Below are positions 12,439 through 23,939 of a stretch of 64,000 nt of DNA, piece by piece (position 1 is the stretch's first letter; the number at the start of each line of letters is the position of its first letter). Below the pieces are notes generated by a model, which was not told the origin of the DNA, searched no databases, and was given only the letters and a program-made list of their open reading frames with translations. Where the stretch lies: the NCBI GenBank assembly GCA_013265495.1, contig MU057984.1:62001-126000 (forward strand), written 5' to 3'. The position numbers were made by a program, and so were the translations under genes. The stretch comes from Vicugna vicugna (taxonomy: Eukaryota).

Positions 12439-13189
12439 CTAAGAGAGAGGTTTTGAAAGTTAACAACCTCAGCCCTCCACACCCAGTGAATTCATACTCT
12501 CTCTCACACAAACATGGTGTGACCTCCGGAGCTAACGAAAGAACTTGGGCCAATGCCCAATTTTCAATAGCATTTCAGTTTCTGTAAGTCTCCATCATCA
12601 AGGATTGAAATGATTCCTTTTCTAATTTAAACTACTTATTTTCAGTGGGATAGGAGAAAATGAATTTTTCTTACAATTTTGAAATTATATTGGCACATGC
12701 ACCTCACGACTTACTTGATTTGTGTCCTATAATGTATAATGTAGCTACAATGCCTAAAACTTCCATGATTCCTCAATAACTATGGAAATAGAACTAATTA
12801 TGAATATCTACAAAAAATGGAAGTGTTATTTCTCTAGAGAAGTTATGATCATCTGAGTTTTGTGGGAAAACCAGCAGAGCAAGCTAAAAGCTAATGTGAT
12901 TTTTTTTTTTTTTGCTTGCTAATGAGGATAAATCTGCCCCTAATAAAAGCCAGGGATTTACTGTAACATGCAGTTGCAAAGAATGATTGATTATAATATA
13001 AATGGTGTGATTTTAGTTCACAGTGGAAGCATAGATAACTGAAATCTTTAGATCATTCCCAGACTTGATTTTAGATATTCATCTCTGCCTTTTTCCAAAA
13101 TAAATATTTTACCGTATCTATAGCATTGTAACTATTGAATTAAGTCTAATGATAAAGGAGGCACTTGGAATTTTTTAATTGGCTGCTTA

Positions 13190-13285
13190 ATAATTTATTC
13201 AAAAAAGAATTATTGAGCATCTACTATATGCCACACATGCTATGGGGTTAGAACTGTGATAAGACATTCAAAACCTGAGCCCCAG
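13190..13285 (-). mobile_element. L2 3' fragment
   Basis: atttattc...tattgagcatctactatatgccacacatgct. Confidence 0.65.
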
Positions 13286-13759
13286 CAGAAGTTACTACTT
13301 AGCAGTTTTGAGTTTGCACTCTTTCTCTCTCTTTGAAGGCCGACAGGCATCCCAGTCTCCAACTAATAGTTGCCTCCGTACTAAAGCTGTGGTTGTGGCA
13401 CAGAATTTTCCCTTTGAGAAGGGACCTCATCAAGGGCGAAAAGACCAAAGCTGCCAGCATCTCTACCCCAGAAACCAATGACATTAACCTGGGCAACTTA
13501 GAATCAATATATCATACTCTGAGGTTCAATTTTCTCCTTGATTTGCACATCAGGAGGAGGTGCTAATATTCTAAGAAAGCCCAAAATGCATGTACATCTT
13601 CCTTTTCACTCCACCTCCTTTCCTTCCATCTAGGCTATGCCATCCCCCCAGTATCCCCTTGCAAGGCTTGCTGAGTAAGAACATAGGTTTCAGAGGTGAG
13701 ACAGGAGAAGTACTGTTCTCTGTGCTGTCTTGGACACGTTATATAGCATTGCATTTGTT

Positions 13760-13910
13760 TTTTCCAGTATAATTAACATAAAATAAATTGCACATGTTTA
13801 AAACACACAGTTTGATAAGTTTGGGAACATGAGTATATCCATAAAGCCATCATCATAGTCCAGATAGTGCACAAATCAATGACCTCAAAAATCTTTCCTC
13901 ATGCCTGTTT
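13760..13910 (-). mobile_element. Old L1 (L1MB/MC-type) 3' end
   Basis: gtataattaacataaaataaattgcacatgtttaaa...cctcaaaaatctttcctcatgcc. Confidence 0.75.
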
Positions 13911-14503
13911 GGTCCTTAGCATTCAACCCCAAGATTCTTCATCTGTAAAACCAATGTGAGTATAGCAACCCCATAATGTCACAGTAAAAACTGACAAAAT
14001 ACAGGTAAAGAGCCTACATTACATAGCAGGAGAGGGGTCTGTGTTCCATCCTTACTCCCCGTTTGCATTTAGTGAATACTTACGAATCATCAAGCTCTGA
14101 CTGATTCTACCATTTTATGCTTCCTATTCTTTGCCCTAATAAGTCAAATTTTTTCTCATGCTTATAACCAGAAATAAAAGATTCCTATGTAAGCTCTACA
14201 GGAGTCTGCCGAGCTCGTTAGGGGAGAGGAGAGAGCTGGGCATTTTGAACTATCCAGGGCCTGGATGGTAACTACAGGCAGAAATCTTGGTTCTTGCTGA
14301 CAGGTGAGCAAATGTGTGTGTATAAGTGTGGAAGGGAGGGGACCCATCAAGGGCACTGATGTCACTGCTTGAGAGTCTGATCTTTCATCAATAGCTGACA
14401 CCAGGGGATGGGGAGTCACAAAATTCCGTCAGCAAGCAAAGTGCGATCTGGTTGAACAAGACAGAGTAGAGACGGTTTGCTCCCAGGAGGAAGCTCCGCT
14501 TAC

Positions 14504-14601
14504 CTGAGTCCACGTGGAATCAGTTTCTGTTTAGTTCCGTAGACGTTCAAAGTAAAATGGTGGCGATGTGGTGCTCTCATTGGAAGATTGTTTTCATGTA
14601 C
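14504..14601 (-). other. Candidate 98-nt exon of a minus-strand transcript
   Basis: Strong acceptor tttcttcctttttcctacatag|G and strong donor CAG|gtaagc; local CpG retention; one frame is open (VHENNLPMRAPHRHHFTLNVYGTKQKLIPRGL) but I do not recognise it. Confidence 0.5.
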
Positions 14602-15256
14602 CTATGTAGGAAAAAGGAAGAAATCATCTTAAGGAATCCACTTGCATATGAGGAAAGGAATGGGTATAGAAAAAGAATAGATGAGAATTACACTATATTT
14701 TACAGCGTTAGAAGGAAATCCATGTCTGACTGTAACCGTTCTCTAATTTGAAAACTGCCATTCAGTTGGTTGTCTCAAATTGACTCTTGCTAGTTTTCTA
14801 GCTGGAAAAATGTACATGTTTAAGTAATGTCTGAGCAGTATATGACTCAAAGCAATATAAGACTGTCCAAGTGGCATTTGGAAAATCTTTTAAAAGCACC
14901 TTACATATTAAATGATTCACATCGCCAAAACACACAGGTCTACAAAATATTTTAACTCGTTGCTTTTCAACTTTGGGTCTCACATTTCTAGCATACTCCA
15001 CTTTGGGGGTGCTTTTTAAAACAGTATTTTGAAGAATACTGGAGACAGTACAATTGGAACTATTTTTTTAAATTGTGAAGATAGAGGAAATGGTACTAGA
15101 TTCAACCATAAGAAATTACTATTTCCCAGGTCAAAATCATTCAAGAATAGGTGATTTTATATGGTTCATTCTAAATACTTTTGATTATCTATGAGAATCT
15201 CAGGACAGAGTCTATTTCTAGAAAAGTAGAATTTACACAATTTACACATTTTGGGT

Positions 15257-15287
<31 letters not shown>

Positions 15288-15290
15288 GTG
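15257..15290. repeat. (TG)n microsatellite
   Basis: Direct observation. Confidence 0.95.
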
Positions 15291-15567
15291 AGTGAAGTAT
15301 TTCTGTTGATGATAAAGAAACAGCACAGGAGCAAGTCCTGTGGTATCCACACCAATTGAGCTGTGTGACTGCTCTTATGTTTTTTTCAAGCTGCCGAAAT
15401 CATATCCGCCCATGCTTGTTTCTCCCATAGTTTTAAAAAATTATCTTTGTTATTTATGATTATCTCTACTGAGTGATATGTCCTAATTTTTATAAGACTA
15501 AAGTTGTCCAGGGATCTTGTTAAATGCAGATCCCTGGGCCATGTCCCGGACATACCAGGTGTGGGAG

Positions 15568-15968
15568 TGTTTTAGTCAGCTTGGGCTGCTGTAACAAAAT
15601 ACCACAGACTGGGTGGCATAACCAACAGAAGTTTATTTCTCGTAGTTCTTGAAGCTGACAAGTCCAGGGGATCAAGGTCCTGGCAGATTTGGTGTTTGGT
15701 GAGCACCCATTCCCTAACTTTCAGACAGATGCCTTCTCCCTGTGTGCTCACATGGCCTTTCCTTGGCATGTGCTCCTTTAGAGAAAGAGGGAGGGAGGGG
15801 GGAAAGATTGAGAATATGAATCTCTCTCTTCCTTTTCTTATAAGGGCACTAATTCCACAATGAGGACCCCACCCTCATGACATAATCTAAACCTAATTAC
15901 CTCCCAAAGACCTCATCTCCAAATACCGTGCATGAATTTGGGCAGACACAAACACTCAACCTGTTACA
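15568..15968 (-). mobile_element. MaLR solo LTR (MLT1A-like) inserted into a MER5 hAT fossil (~15500-15560 and ~15975-16035)
   Basis: tgttttagtcagcttgggctgctgtaacaaaataccacagactgggtggc...ttataagggcactaat...aca; MER5 halves cttgttaaatgcagatccctgggcc / tgcaattctaaacaagtttcc. Confidence 0.88.
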
Positions 15969-16039
15969 GGGTAAGAACATAGAATTGCAATTCTAAACAA
16001 GTTTCCTGAGTGAATATTATATGCATATTTTTGAGATAA

Positions 16040-16215
16040 TGTTACATACTTTTTATATATCTTCATTTAAAATTTATAGCAATTGTATGTGGTGCATTTT
16101 ATAACTGGCATTTTTAAAAAGAGGACTGAAAATTCAGCAAGACTGAAGAATTTGCCAAGTTCTGACAGCTACAAAGTTCAGATTGATTTCAACTACATGA
16201 TTTCCTCTACACGCT
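16040..16215 (-). mobile_element. MIR fragment
   Basis: tcttcatttaa...gaggactgaaaattcag...gaatttgccaagttctgacagcta resembles the MIR core. Confidence 0.5.
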
Positions 16216-16249
16216 TCAAGCCCTTTGTACACCTATTGGTTTTCATCCG

Positions 16250-17245
16250 TCTGGAACTTTTTGCACATCAGTCTAAGTCAGATAACAGTAGCTTGACTGT
16301 ATTAAGGCTGAGAAAAATATTGGCCACCTGAAAAGAACAGCTGTGTCCTTGGAAAAATAGATGTGGTTAGTAATTCTAAGTCTGAGTCAAAAGTATGACA
16401 ATAAGAAGTCATCCAAAAGAGCATAAATAGAGCCATCTGGACTATCTATTCTTCATTATGATACTTTGTCAGTTAAGCACTGGCTGTTGATAGAAAGACC
16501 TTGTTTACAAAGGCTGAAGCAATCTGAACTTGGATTTGATGACATATAATGTAGCCGACTCCAATTTATAATACTAAGTATGAATCATATTTGCTTCTGC
16601 AAGTCAGAGGACCATGATATGGCCTTTTGCCATTGAATCCTTCCCTTTCTCAAATGCCAGGGCACTGCTAATCGCATTGTGGATGCACCTTGGAGATATC
16701 ATGCCATGCTTAACCCAGTGATGCCAGCTCCTGATCTGGGAACATCCAGCTTTCCACTCCAGCTACTGAACTGGAAAAACCTTATTGTTGCTCTTAAATT
16801 GCCCCTCAAGTTGAGGCTCATTCTTCTCTCAGGATCTTGAACACCATCATGGGAGAGAGCTCTTGTTTTTAGCTTCTCTGAAAACTTATGTTCTCATTGA
16901 TGACACTCAGCTGCTGCAGACGAAAATCTTTAGGATCTAGCATGCTAAAATAAGCAGCATATCAGACACAAATTGACCCAGCACTGATGAAAATTCTCAG
17001 TGACTCAGAGAAAAATAAGTCTGCTGTGAAGTAGTCCCACAAGATATCATTAAATCGTACAACACAAATCTCACTTTATCAGTTTGGCAACAGCAAATAC
17101 GCTCAAGTGTTGAATTAGGTTAAGCTATTTCCTGAATGTTTACTATAGCTCAGAGCAACCATGAAATAAGAATTTAGCATACAGAGGAGAATCCACAAGA
17201 GAAAAGTACTTATCAGAGATGAAATTTTGAATGTTTAAAATATTG
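16250..17245 (-). pseudogene. Putative endogenous bornavirus-like L (EBLL) fossil, downstream segment
   Basis: Degenerate translation against remembered BoDV-1 L, in order: CCCQTDKVRFVL~CFEKIDSEEFVL (17095-17060), ISAG~VSAG (16988), QELSPMMVFKIL~QKLPWSIVIRSL (~16866), KVF, SPR, EANM. Each match is individually weak. Confidence 0.4.
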
Positions 17246-20200
17246 TTATTGACATATACAAACCATTCCACCCAACAGCAGAATACGTATTTTTCTTAAG
17301 TATGCATGGAACATTTCCTAGGACAGACAGTATATTAGGCCACAAAAGTGACATTTTAAAAGGTTGAAATCATACAAAGTATCTTTTCTGATCATGAGCA
17401 AGTGAAACAATGAATCAGTAATAGAAAACTATTCACTAACATTTGGAAAATTCACTAACATTTGGAAATTAAACAATCTACTCTTAAAAAACCAGTTAGT
17501 AAAGAAGAAATAACAAGAAATGCTGGAAAGTACATTGAGACAAATGAAAATGAAAACAAAATATACAAAAACTTACAGAGTGCAGTGAAAGCAGTGCTAA
17601 GAGGGAAAGTTATACCTACAAACACATCTTAACAGAAGAAAGGGCTCAAATCAATAATTAACATGACATTTTAAGAAACTAGAAAAAGAAGAGCAAACTA
17701 TACCTAAAAGTAGCATAACAAAAGAAACAATAAAGATTAGAGGGATGATAAATAAAATAGAGAATAGGAAAACAATGGAGCAAATCAATTAAAGTAAAAA
17801 CTAATTCTTTAGAAAGATCAACAAAATTAATAAACCTTTAGCTAGACTGAGTAAGAATAGAGAAGACACAAATTACTAAAATCATACATGAGTGGAGATT
17901 TTTTAAAAATTTTTTTATTGAGTTATAGTCATTTTACAATGTTGTGTCAAATTCCAGTGTAGAGCACAATTTTTCAGTTATACATGAACATACATATATT
18001 CATTGTCACATTCTCTTTTGCTGTGAGCCACAATATCCTGTATATATTTCCCTGTGCTAAACAGTACAATCTTGTTTATCTATTCTTCATTTTGAAATCC
18101 CAGTCTGTCCCTTCCCACCCCATCCCACCCCTTTGGCAACCACAAGTTGTATTCTATGTCTATGAGTCTGTTTCTGTTTTGTATTTATGTTCTTTTTTTT
18201 TTTAGATTATGAGTGGAGATATTAATACCAATTTTATAAAAGTAAAAAGAATTATAAAAGAATACTATAAACAATTTTACACAAACTGGACAATCTAGAT
18301 TAAATGGACAAATTCTGAGGAACACACCTGCCAAAGTTGAAACATGAAGAATAGAAAAATCTGAATAGACCAATAATTTGTAAAAAGAATGAATCAGTAA
18401 TGAAAACCTCAGTAAAAGTAACAAAACAGAAGGCTTCAATGGTGAATTCTACTAAATATTTAAAGAATTAACACCAATTCTTGGCAAACTCGTCCAAAAA
18501 ACTGGACAAGAGAGAAAACCTCCTAACTCATTCTGTGAGAATAACATTACCCTCATAACAAAGCCAACTGAAGGTACTATAAGAATATAAAACTACAGAC
18601 CAATTTCCCTTTAAGAATATTGCAAAAATCGTTAACAAAATACTATCAAACAGAAGTCGATAGCATGTTAAAAGAATTATATAGCATGACCAATTAGAGT
18701 TTATTTCTAATGGTTCAACCTACAAAGGATGGTTCTACATACAAAAATTCATCAAATGTAATAAAGGCTAAAACATACTTCCTTTCAAAGATGTTCAACA
18801 TATAAAAATTCAATTAATGTAATACAGGTTAAAAAATCACATGGTAATCTCAATAGATTCAGAAAAAAACATTTCATGAAATTCAACACCATCTCATGAT
18901 TAAAAAAAAGCAACTCAATAAACTAGGAATAGAAGAAAAAACTTCCAACATGATAATGGTTGACAAAAATGACAGGTAACATTATACTTAATGGTGAAAG
19001 ACTGAAAAATTTTCCCCTAAGATTGTGAACAAGACAAAGATGCCAGCTTTTGCCACTTGTATTCAACATATAATTGGAAGTTCTAGCCAGAGCAATAAGA
19101 CAAGATAAAAGTCATCTAAGTTGTAAAGAAAGAAGTAAAATGAACTTTTTACAAGTGACATAATGTTATATGGAGAAAATCTTAAATATGCCATGAAAAA
19201 AAGCATTAAAGTTAAACTCAGCAAAGATGCAAAATCATGAAACAAAAATTAGTTGTGTTGCTATACACTAACAACAAATAATTTGAAATGAAAATTAGGA
19301 AGACATTCCATTCAAAGTAGCACCAAAGAGAATGAAATACTCGGGAGTTAATTCAATCAAGGAAACTAAAGACATACACTGAAAACTAAAAAATATTACT
19401 GAAAAAACTGAGGACGACACAAATGAATGCAAAGACAGTCTCTGTTCATGGACTGTGAGACTTAATATTGTCAAGATGACAATATGACCCAAAGAGATCT
19501 ACAGATTTAATGTACTTCTTATCAAAATCCCAAAGACTTTTTGCAGAAACAGGAAAACTCATTCTAAAATTCATATGGAATTTCAAGAGACCATGAATAG
19601 CCAAAACAATGTTGAAAAAAAGAAGAAAGTTGGAGCACTCTTTCAAAACTTACTGAAATTCTAAAACTTACATACAGAAAAGCTACAGTATTCCAAATAG
19701 TATGGTACTGGCATAAAGACAGATATATATCAATGGAATATAATAAAAAGCCCAGAAATAAACCCTCTTGCATAGGGTCAGATGATTTTTGACAAGGCTG
19801 TTAAGACCATTTAATGGGGAAAAGACAGTCTTTTAACCAAATGGTGCTGGGAAAACCTGATAGCCACATGAAAAATACATGAAGTGGGACTTTCACAACA
19901 TACATAAAAATTGACTCAAAACAGATCAAAGAACTAAATGTAAGAGCTAAAGCTATAAAATTTAGAGGACAAGAGAAAATCTAATGACACTGGATTTGGT
20001 AAAAATTTACTTGGATATGACACTCAATGCACAGGTTGAAAAAATAAATTGAACTCAATCACAATTAACAACTATTGTACAGCAAAGGACAGTATCAAGA
20101 GAGTGAAAAGATAACCCACAGAATGGGATAAAAATTTTGCAAATCATATATATCTGATAAAGAATTAATATCTATAATATGTAAAAAATTCCTACAACTC

Positions 20201-20510
20201 AGCAGCAACAACAAAACCAAGTGGTCCAATTAAAAGCTGGACAAAAGACTTGAATAGACATTTCTCCAAAGAAGATACACAAAGGGCCAATAAGCACATG
20301 AAAAGATGTTCAACATCACTAGTCATTAAGGAGATGCAAATCAAACCACAATGAGATACTACTTCATACCCACTGGGATGACTATTATCAAAAAAGTGGA
20401 AAATTGCAAATATTGGTAAGGATATAGGGAAATTAGAACTCTTATGAGTTACTGGTAGAAATTTAAGATAATGGGAACCACTATGGAAGAAAGTTTGGCA
20501 GTCCCTGAAG
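17246..20510 (+). mobile_element. Decayed L1 ORF2 (endonuclease through RT to C-terminus)
   Basis: Continuous L1 ORF2 similarity: ...ccacccaacagcagaatac...; aactacagaccaatttccc; caagacaaagatgcc; caatggaatataataaaaagcccagaaataaacc; accacaatgagatactacttcatacc. Confidence 0.93.
17900..18208 (-). mobile_element. Young camelid-type L1 3' end nested in the older L1
   Basis: 12-bp perfect TSD atgagtggagat (17888-17899 and 18209-18220); same 3' UTR family as 1751-1968. Confidence 0.92.
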
Positions 20511-20529
20511 GTAAAATAAAAATTTTAAT

Positions 20530-22252
20530 TTTTAAATTTTAAATTTATCTAACAGAAAACTATTAAAAAATAATAATAACTATAATGTAGGTTATTATAT
20601 ATGCATATATATACATATACTATATGTGTAAGTGAAATGAATGATTGCAATTATACAAGGGACTGGAGGGAGGAATTAAGAATATTTTGTTTTGTTTTTA
20701 TAAGGTACTTGCACATATGAAGCAGTACAGCATTATTTGAAAATGTACCTGGATTAGTTATAAACATGTATTGCAACCTCTAGGGAAACCAATAAAAACA
20801 GTAAGGAAGTTTAATTCTTATGTTAAAAAAAGAGAAAAGAATCATATAAAATGCTCAATTAAAACAACAAAAGACAGAAAAATAGTAGAAGACAAAAATA
20901 GGAAATAAAGGGCACCAAACAGGAAACAGTAACAAACATAGCAGCTATTAATCCAGGTTTATCAAGAATGACTTTAAACATTAATGACCCAAATACAACA
21001 ATTAAAAGATAAGAGAATGTCAAATATATACTGTCTATAAGAAACCCACTTTAAATACAAAGACATATATAGATCAAAAGTAAAGGGATGGAGAAATATA
21101 TACCATGCTAACACTAATCAAATGAAAGTGGAGTAGCTATGTTAATTTCAGACAAAGCAGATGGCAGAGCAAAGAAAGTTATAAGGAGGGGCACTACATA
21201 ATGATAAAGAGGTCAATTTTCCAAGAAGGCATAATGGTCCTTAATGTGCATGTACCTAACAACAGTGCATCAATATACATGAGGAAAAAAGAATTGCAAA
21301 GAGATAGATGAATCCAAATTCATAGTCGGAGACATTAACACTCCTCTATCAGAAGTGGACAGATCTAGCAGGCAGAAATTGGAAAGAAAGAGTTAAACTG
21401 AAGAGCAGTAAAAAAAAAAAAAATATATATATATAAAGATAATTGACCTCTATAGACTATATCCAAGAGTAGAATTCACATTCTTCTCAAGCTCACATGG
21501 AACATTCATCATACTCTGGGGGAAAAAACAAACAAACAAACAAAATACCTGAACAAAAGGAATAGAAATCATACAAAGCCTGCTCTCAGATCGCAAAAGA
21601 ATTAAACTAGAAAGCAACCAGAAAGACAGCTAGAAAATCCCCAAACACCTGGAGATCAAACAACATAGCTCTAAATAACACATGGGTCAAACAAGAAATC
21701 TCAATAGAAATAAAAAAATACTTTGAGCTAAATGAAAATACAACTTAACAAAATTTGTGGAATGCCAAGAAAGCAGTGCTTAGAGGAAATTTTATAGCAC
21801 TGAATTTGTATGTTAGACGATAGATATTAAGTCAATAATTTAAGTTTCCACCTTAAAACATTAGGAAAAAATAGCAAATGAAATCCAAAGCAAGTAGAAG
21901 CAAATAAATAATAAAACCTAAAGCAGCGATCAATGAAATTTAAAAGAAGAAAATTAACTAAACCAAATCTGATCATTGAAAAGATTGATAAAATTGATAA
22001 ATTTCTAGCCAGAGTAACTAAGAAAAAAAGGGAGAGGACATAAATAACTATATCAGAAATCAAAAGGACATTACTACAAAATCCAAGGTGATGAAGGAAT
22101 ACAATGAACAACACTAAGCCCATTAATCTGATAACACAGATGAAATGTACCAACTCAGTGAAAGACATAATTTGCCAAAACTCATATAAGAAATCAACAA
22201 TCTGAATAGGCCTATATCAAATTAAGAAATTAAATTAGTAATTAATAACCTT
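20530..22252 (+). mobile_element. Second, old L1 fragment (inter-ORF region plus ORF2 endonuclease/tower)
   Basis: EN start atgactttaaacattaatgacccaaatac (TLNxN-like), gtcggagacattaacactcc (GDxN), ends at aatctgaataggcctata (NLNRPI). Confidence 0.88.
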
Positions 22253-22254
22253 AA

Positions 22255-23930
22255 CCTTTGTCCTTCCCCTCCAGGAAGAGGTTTCAAGGCACTATTTAAA
22301 AATGTCTCTGATGCAGCCCACCACAGTGAAGATGAGTATCCACGTGAGGCCAGTCGGGAACCCAGGGATACTTCTTTAGCTTTAAGGGAAATTGAATCTG
22401 ACATTTACATACAGACATTCCTGGTTTAATCCTCTTGTGGAACTAGTTAGAAACTTAATGAAGGTTAGATGGCAAAAAACCCCTCTGAATGTCAAATAAC
22501 TTTTTTACTTTCAGGAAAGCACCCTACACAAGTTGAAAGCAACACTAATTTATTATAGTCTCACCATATGAAAGATGTTGGTGGCTCCTGATCATCAATT
22601 GTAAGAGAGCACAATCACTTTTATTTATCTAGAGTGATTTTATCTCATTAGCAACAGAACTTATGGAGTGAACACTTCATTTATGTAGTGCTCTCTATTA
22701 TTAGAAAAGCTCCTGGTTCATCAACTCTTGTATGAGGATGGAAGCTTGGATAGAATCTTTAATGTATGGTGGATTTTAGAACCCTAAATGGCAAAAAAAA
22801 AAAAAAAGAATTAGTTTAGCCTGCAATGCTACATGCAGCCAATTTCAACACAGGGGAGACATTTTCAAGATGGATACTTGATCGGTTAACAATATGATTC
22901 CTCAAGTTAATATCTCAAGTGAGTAGGATTAACAACCCCACTGGCAACAACTGTCTTTTTTATATACTGGGCAAGCATTATTGCTTAAACAAATGCTATT
23001 TGTAAGTTTTGGCTCTCCTGCTTGTTTTGGAATGACATGACCCTCTTTGACTTTAGAAATGATCATTTTATTTTCTTCCTCCGACCGTTACTGATCAGAG
23101 CCATCATGCCTTCCAGCTCAAAAAAACACACGGTAGCAGGGACTGTCAAATCCAATATGAGATAGAGCAAGCCCAATTAATGAGGCTTAAAAAACAACTT
23201 AAAAAAGTTTACCCTCCCCTGCATCCTTACCCTGCCTGATCTGAGTATTTCTTTTACCAGCTTGTCTTTAATTGTTCAACTGATATCTTTTGGGTTGAAG
23301 TACTATTTTCTGGATGGCTCTATGAGAATGAATATATGGTACACAGAGGAGATAATATAAAGACTGGCATACAACAGGAGCCCAGTAAATGTCTGCTGAA
23401 TGAAATGTTTTTGTTTTGAAATGTTTAAGAATACTCTTAAGTATGTTACTTTGGATTAAGAGTTGAGTTCAAGATCATAAGGAAATATCCTATGAAGATG
23501 GGACCCAAGGCAGAGGGATGTCGGTAAACTGGGGCAGGATACTGAACAGAAAGTATATGAGCACTAAGGGCTGGAAGTACCCACCAGAATTAAGCTTAAA
23601 AACTTGGCTGACCTTCTCAAAGATAACCAGTTCCAAGAGTGGCAGGTGAAAAGTGTTCAGCAAGTAGTTTTTAGTATAAGAAAGTAAATGCAAAATTCAT
23701 TCACCTCAAAATTTTGCTCAAAATTAGATGTTATCCTGCTTTGTTAACAAGCATTTTATTCTCAGATTGGGAATTGCTGACCAGCTAGTGCTTCACACAT
23801 ACCCTACTCTGTCCTATGAACAGCTTATTGACAATCCTTAGAAAGAAGATAGCCAATCAATCACCAGCTTATTGATCCTCTGATGCTTCTAGAGAAGCCA
23901 GCGTGAAACCCTAGAAAGAGTTCAGTATTC
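22255..23930 (-). pseudogene. Putative endogenous bornavirus-like L (EBLL) fossil, region after the RdRp GDN motif through the PRNTase HR motif
   Basis: Co-linear degenerate matches to remembered BoDV-1 L: SRV..GQQF/PNLRIK~SRV..GELFPNLYSK (23808-23755), GG..P..L..F..DIPLPW~GG..P..L..F..DPLPF (23585-23505), IAFV*AIM..KKTVVAS~VAYGLSII..SSTVVSA (~23000-22940), CSIA..*GSKI~CTYLAA..WGRDL (22833-22772), FHPHTRV~FHPHSSV (22743), SLGSRLASRGYS~TLTHRLPSRGDS (~22368-22333). Confidence 0.5.
23312..23408 (+). mobile_element. MIR/L2-type 3' tail fragment
   Basis: ctggcatacaacaggagcccagtaaatgtctgctgaatgaaatg matches the shared MIR/L2 3' end. Confidence 0.6.
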
Positions 23931-23939
23931 AACATCTTT

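Noticed and set aside
16670..16740. KHGMISPRCIHNAI resembling the photolyase/cryptochrome G.ISPR motif
   Set aside because: No flanking LSPY/W or WRE motifs; a single short match.
22750..22780. NPPY, the amino-methyltransferase motif, in one minus frame
   Set aside because: Flanked by stops and lacking other methyltransferase motifs.
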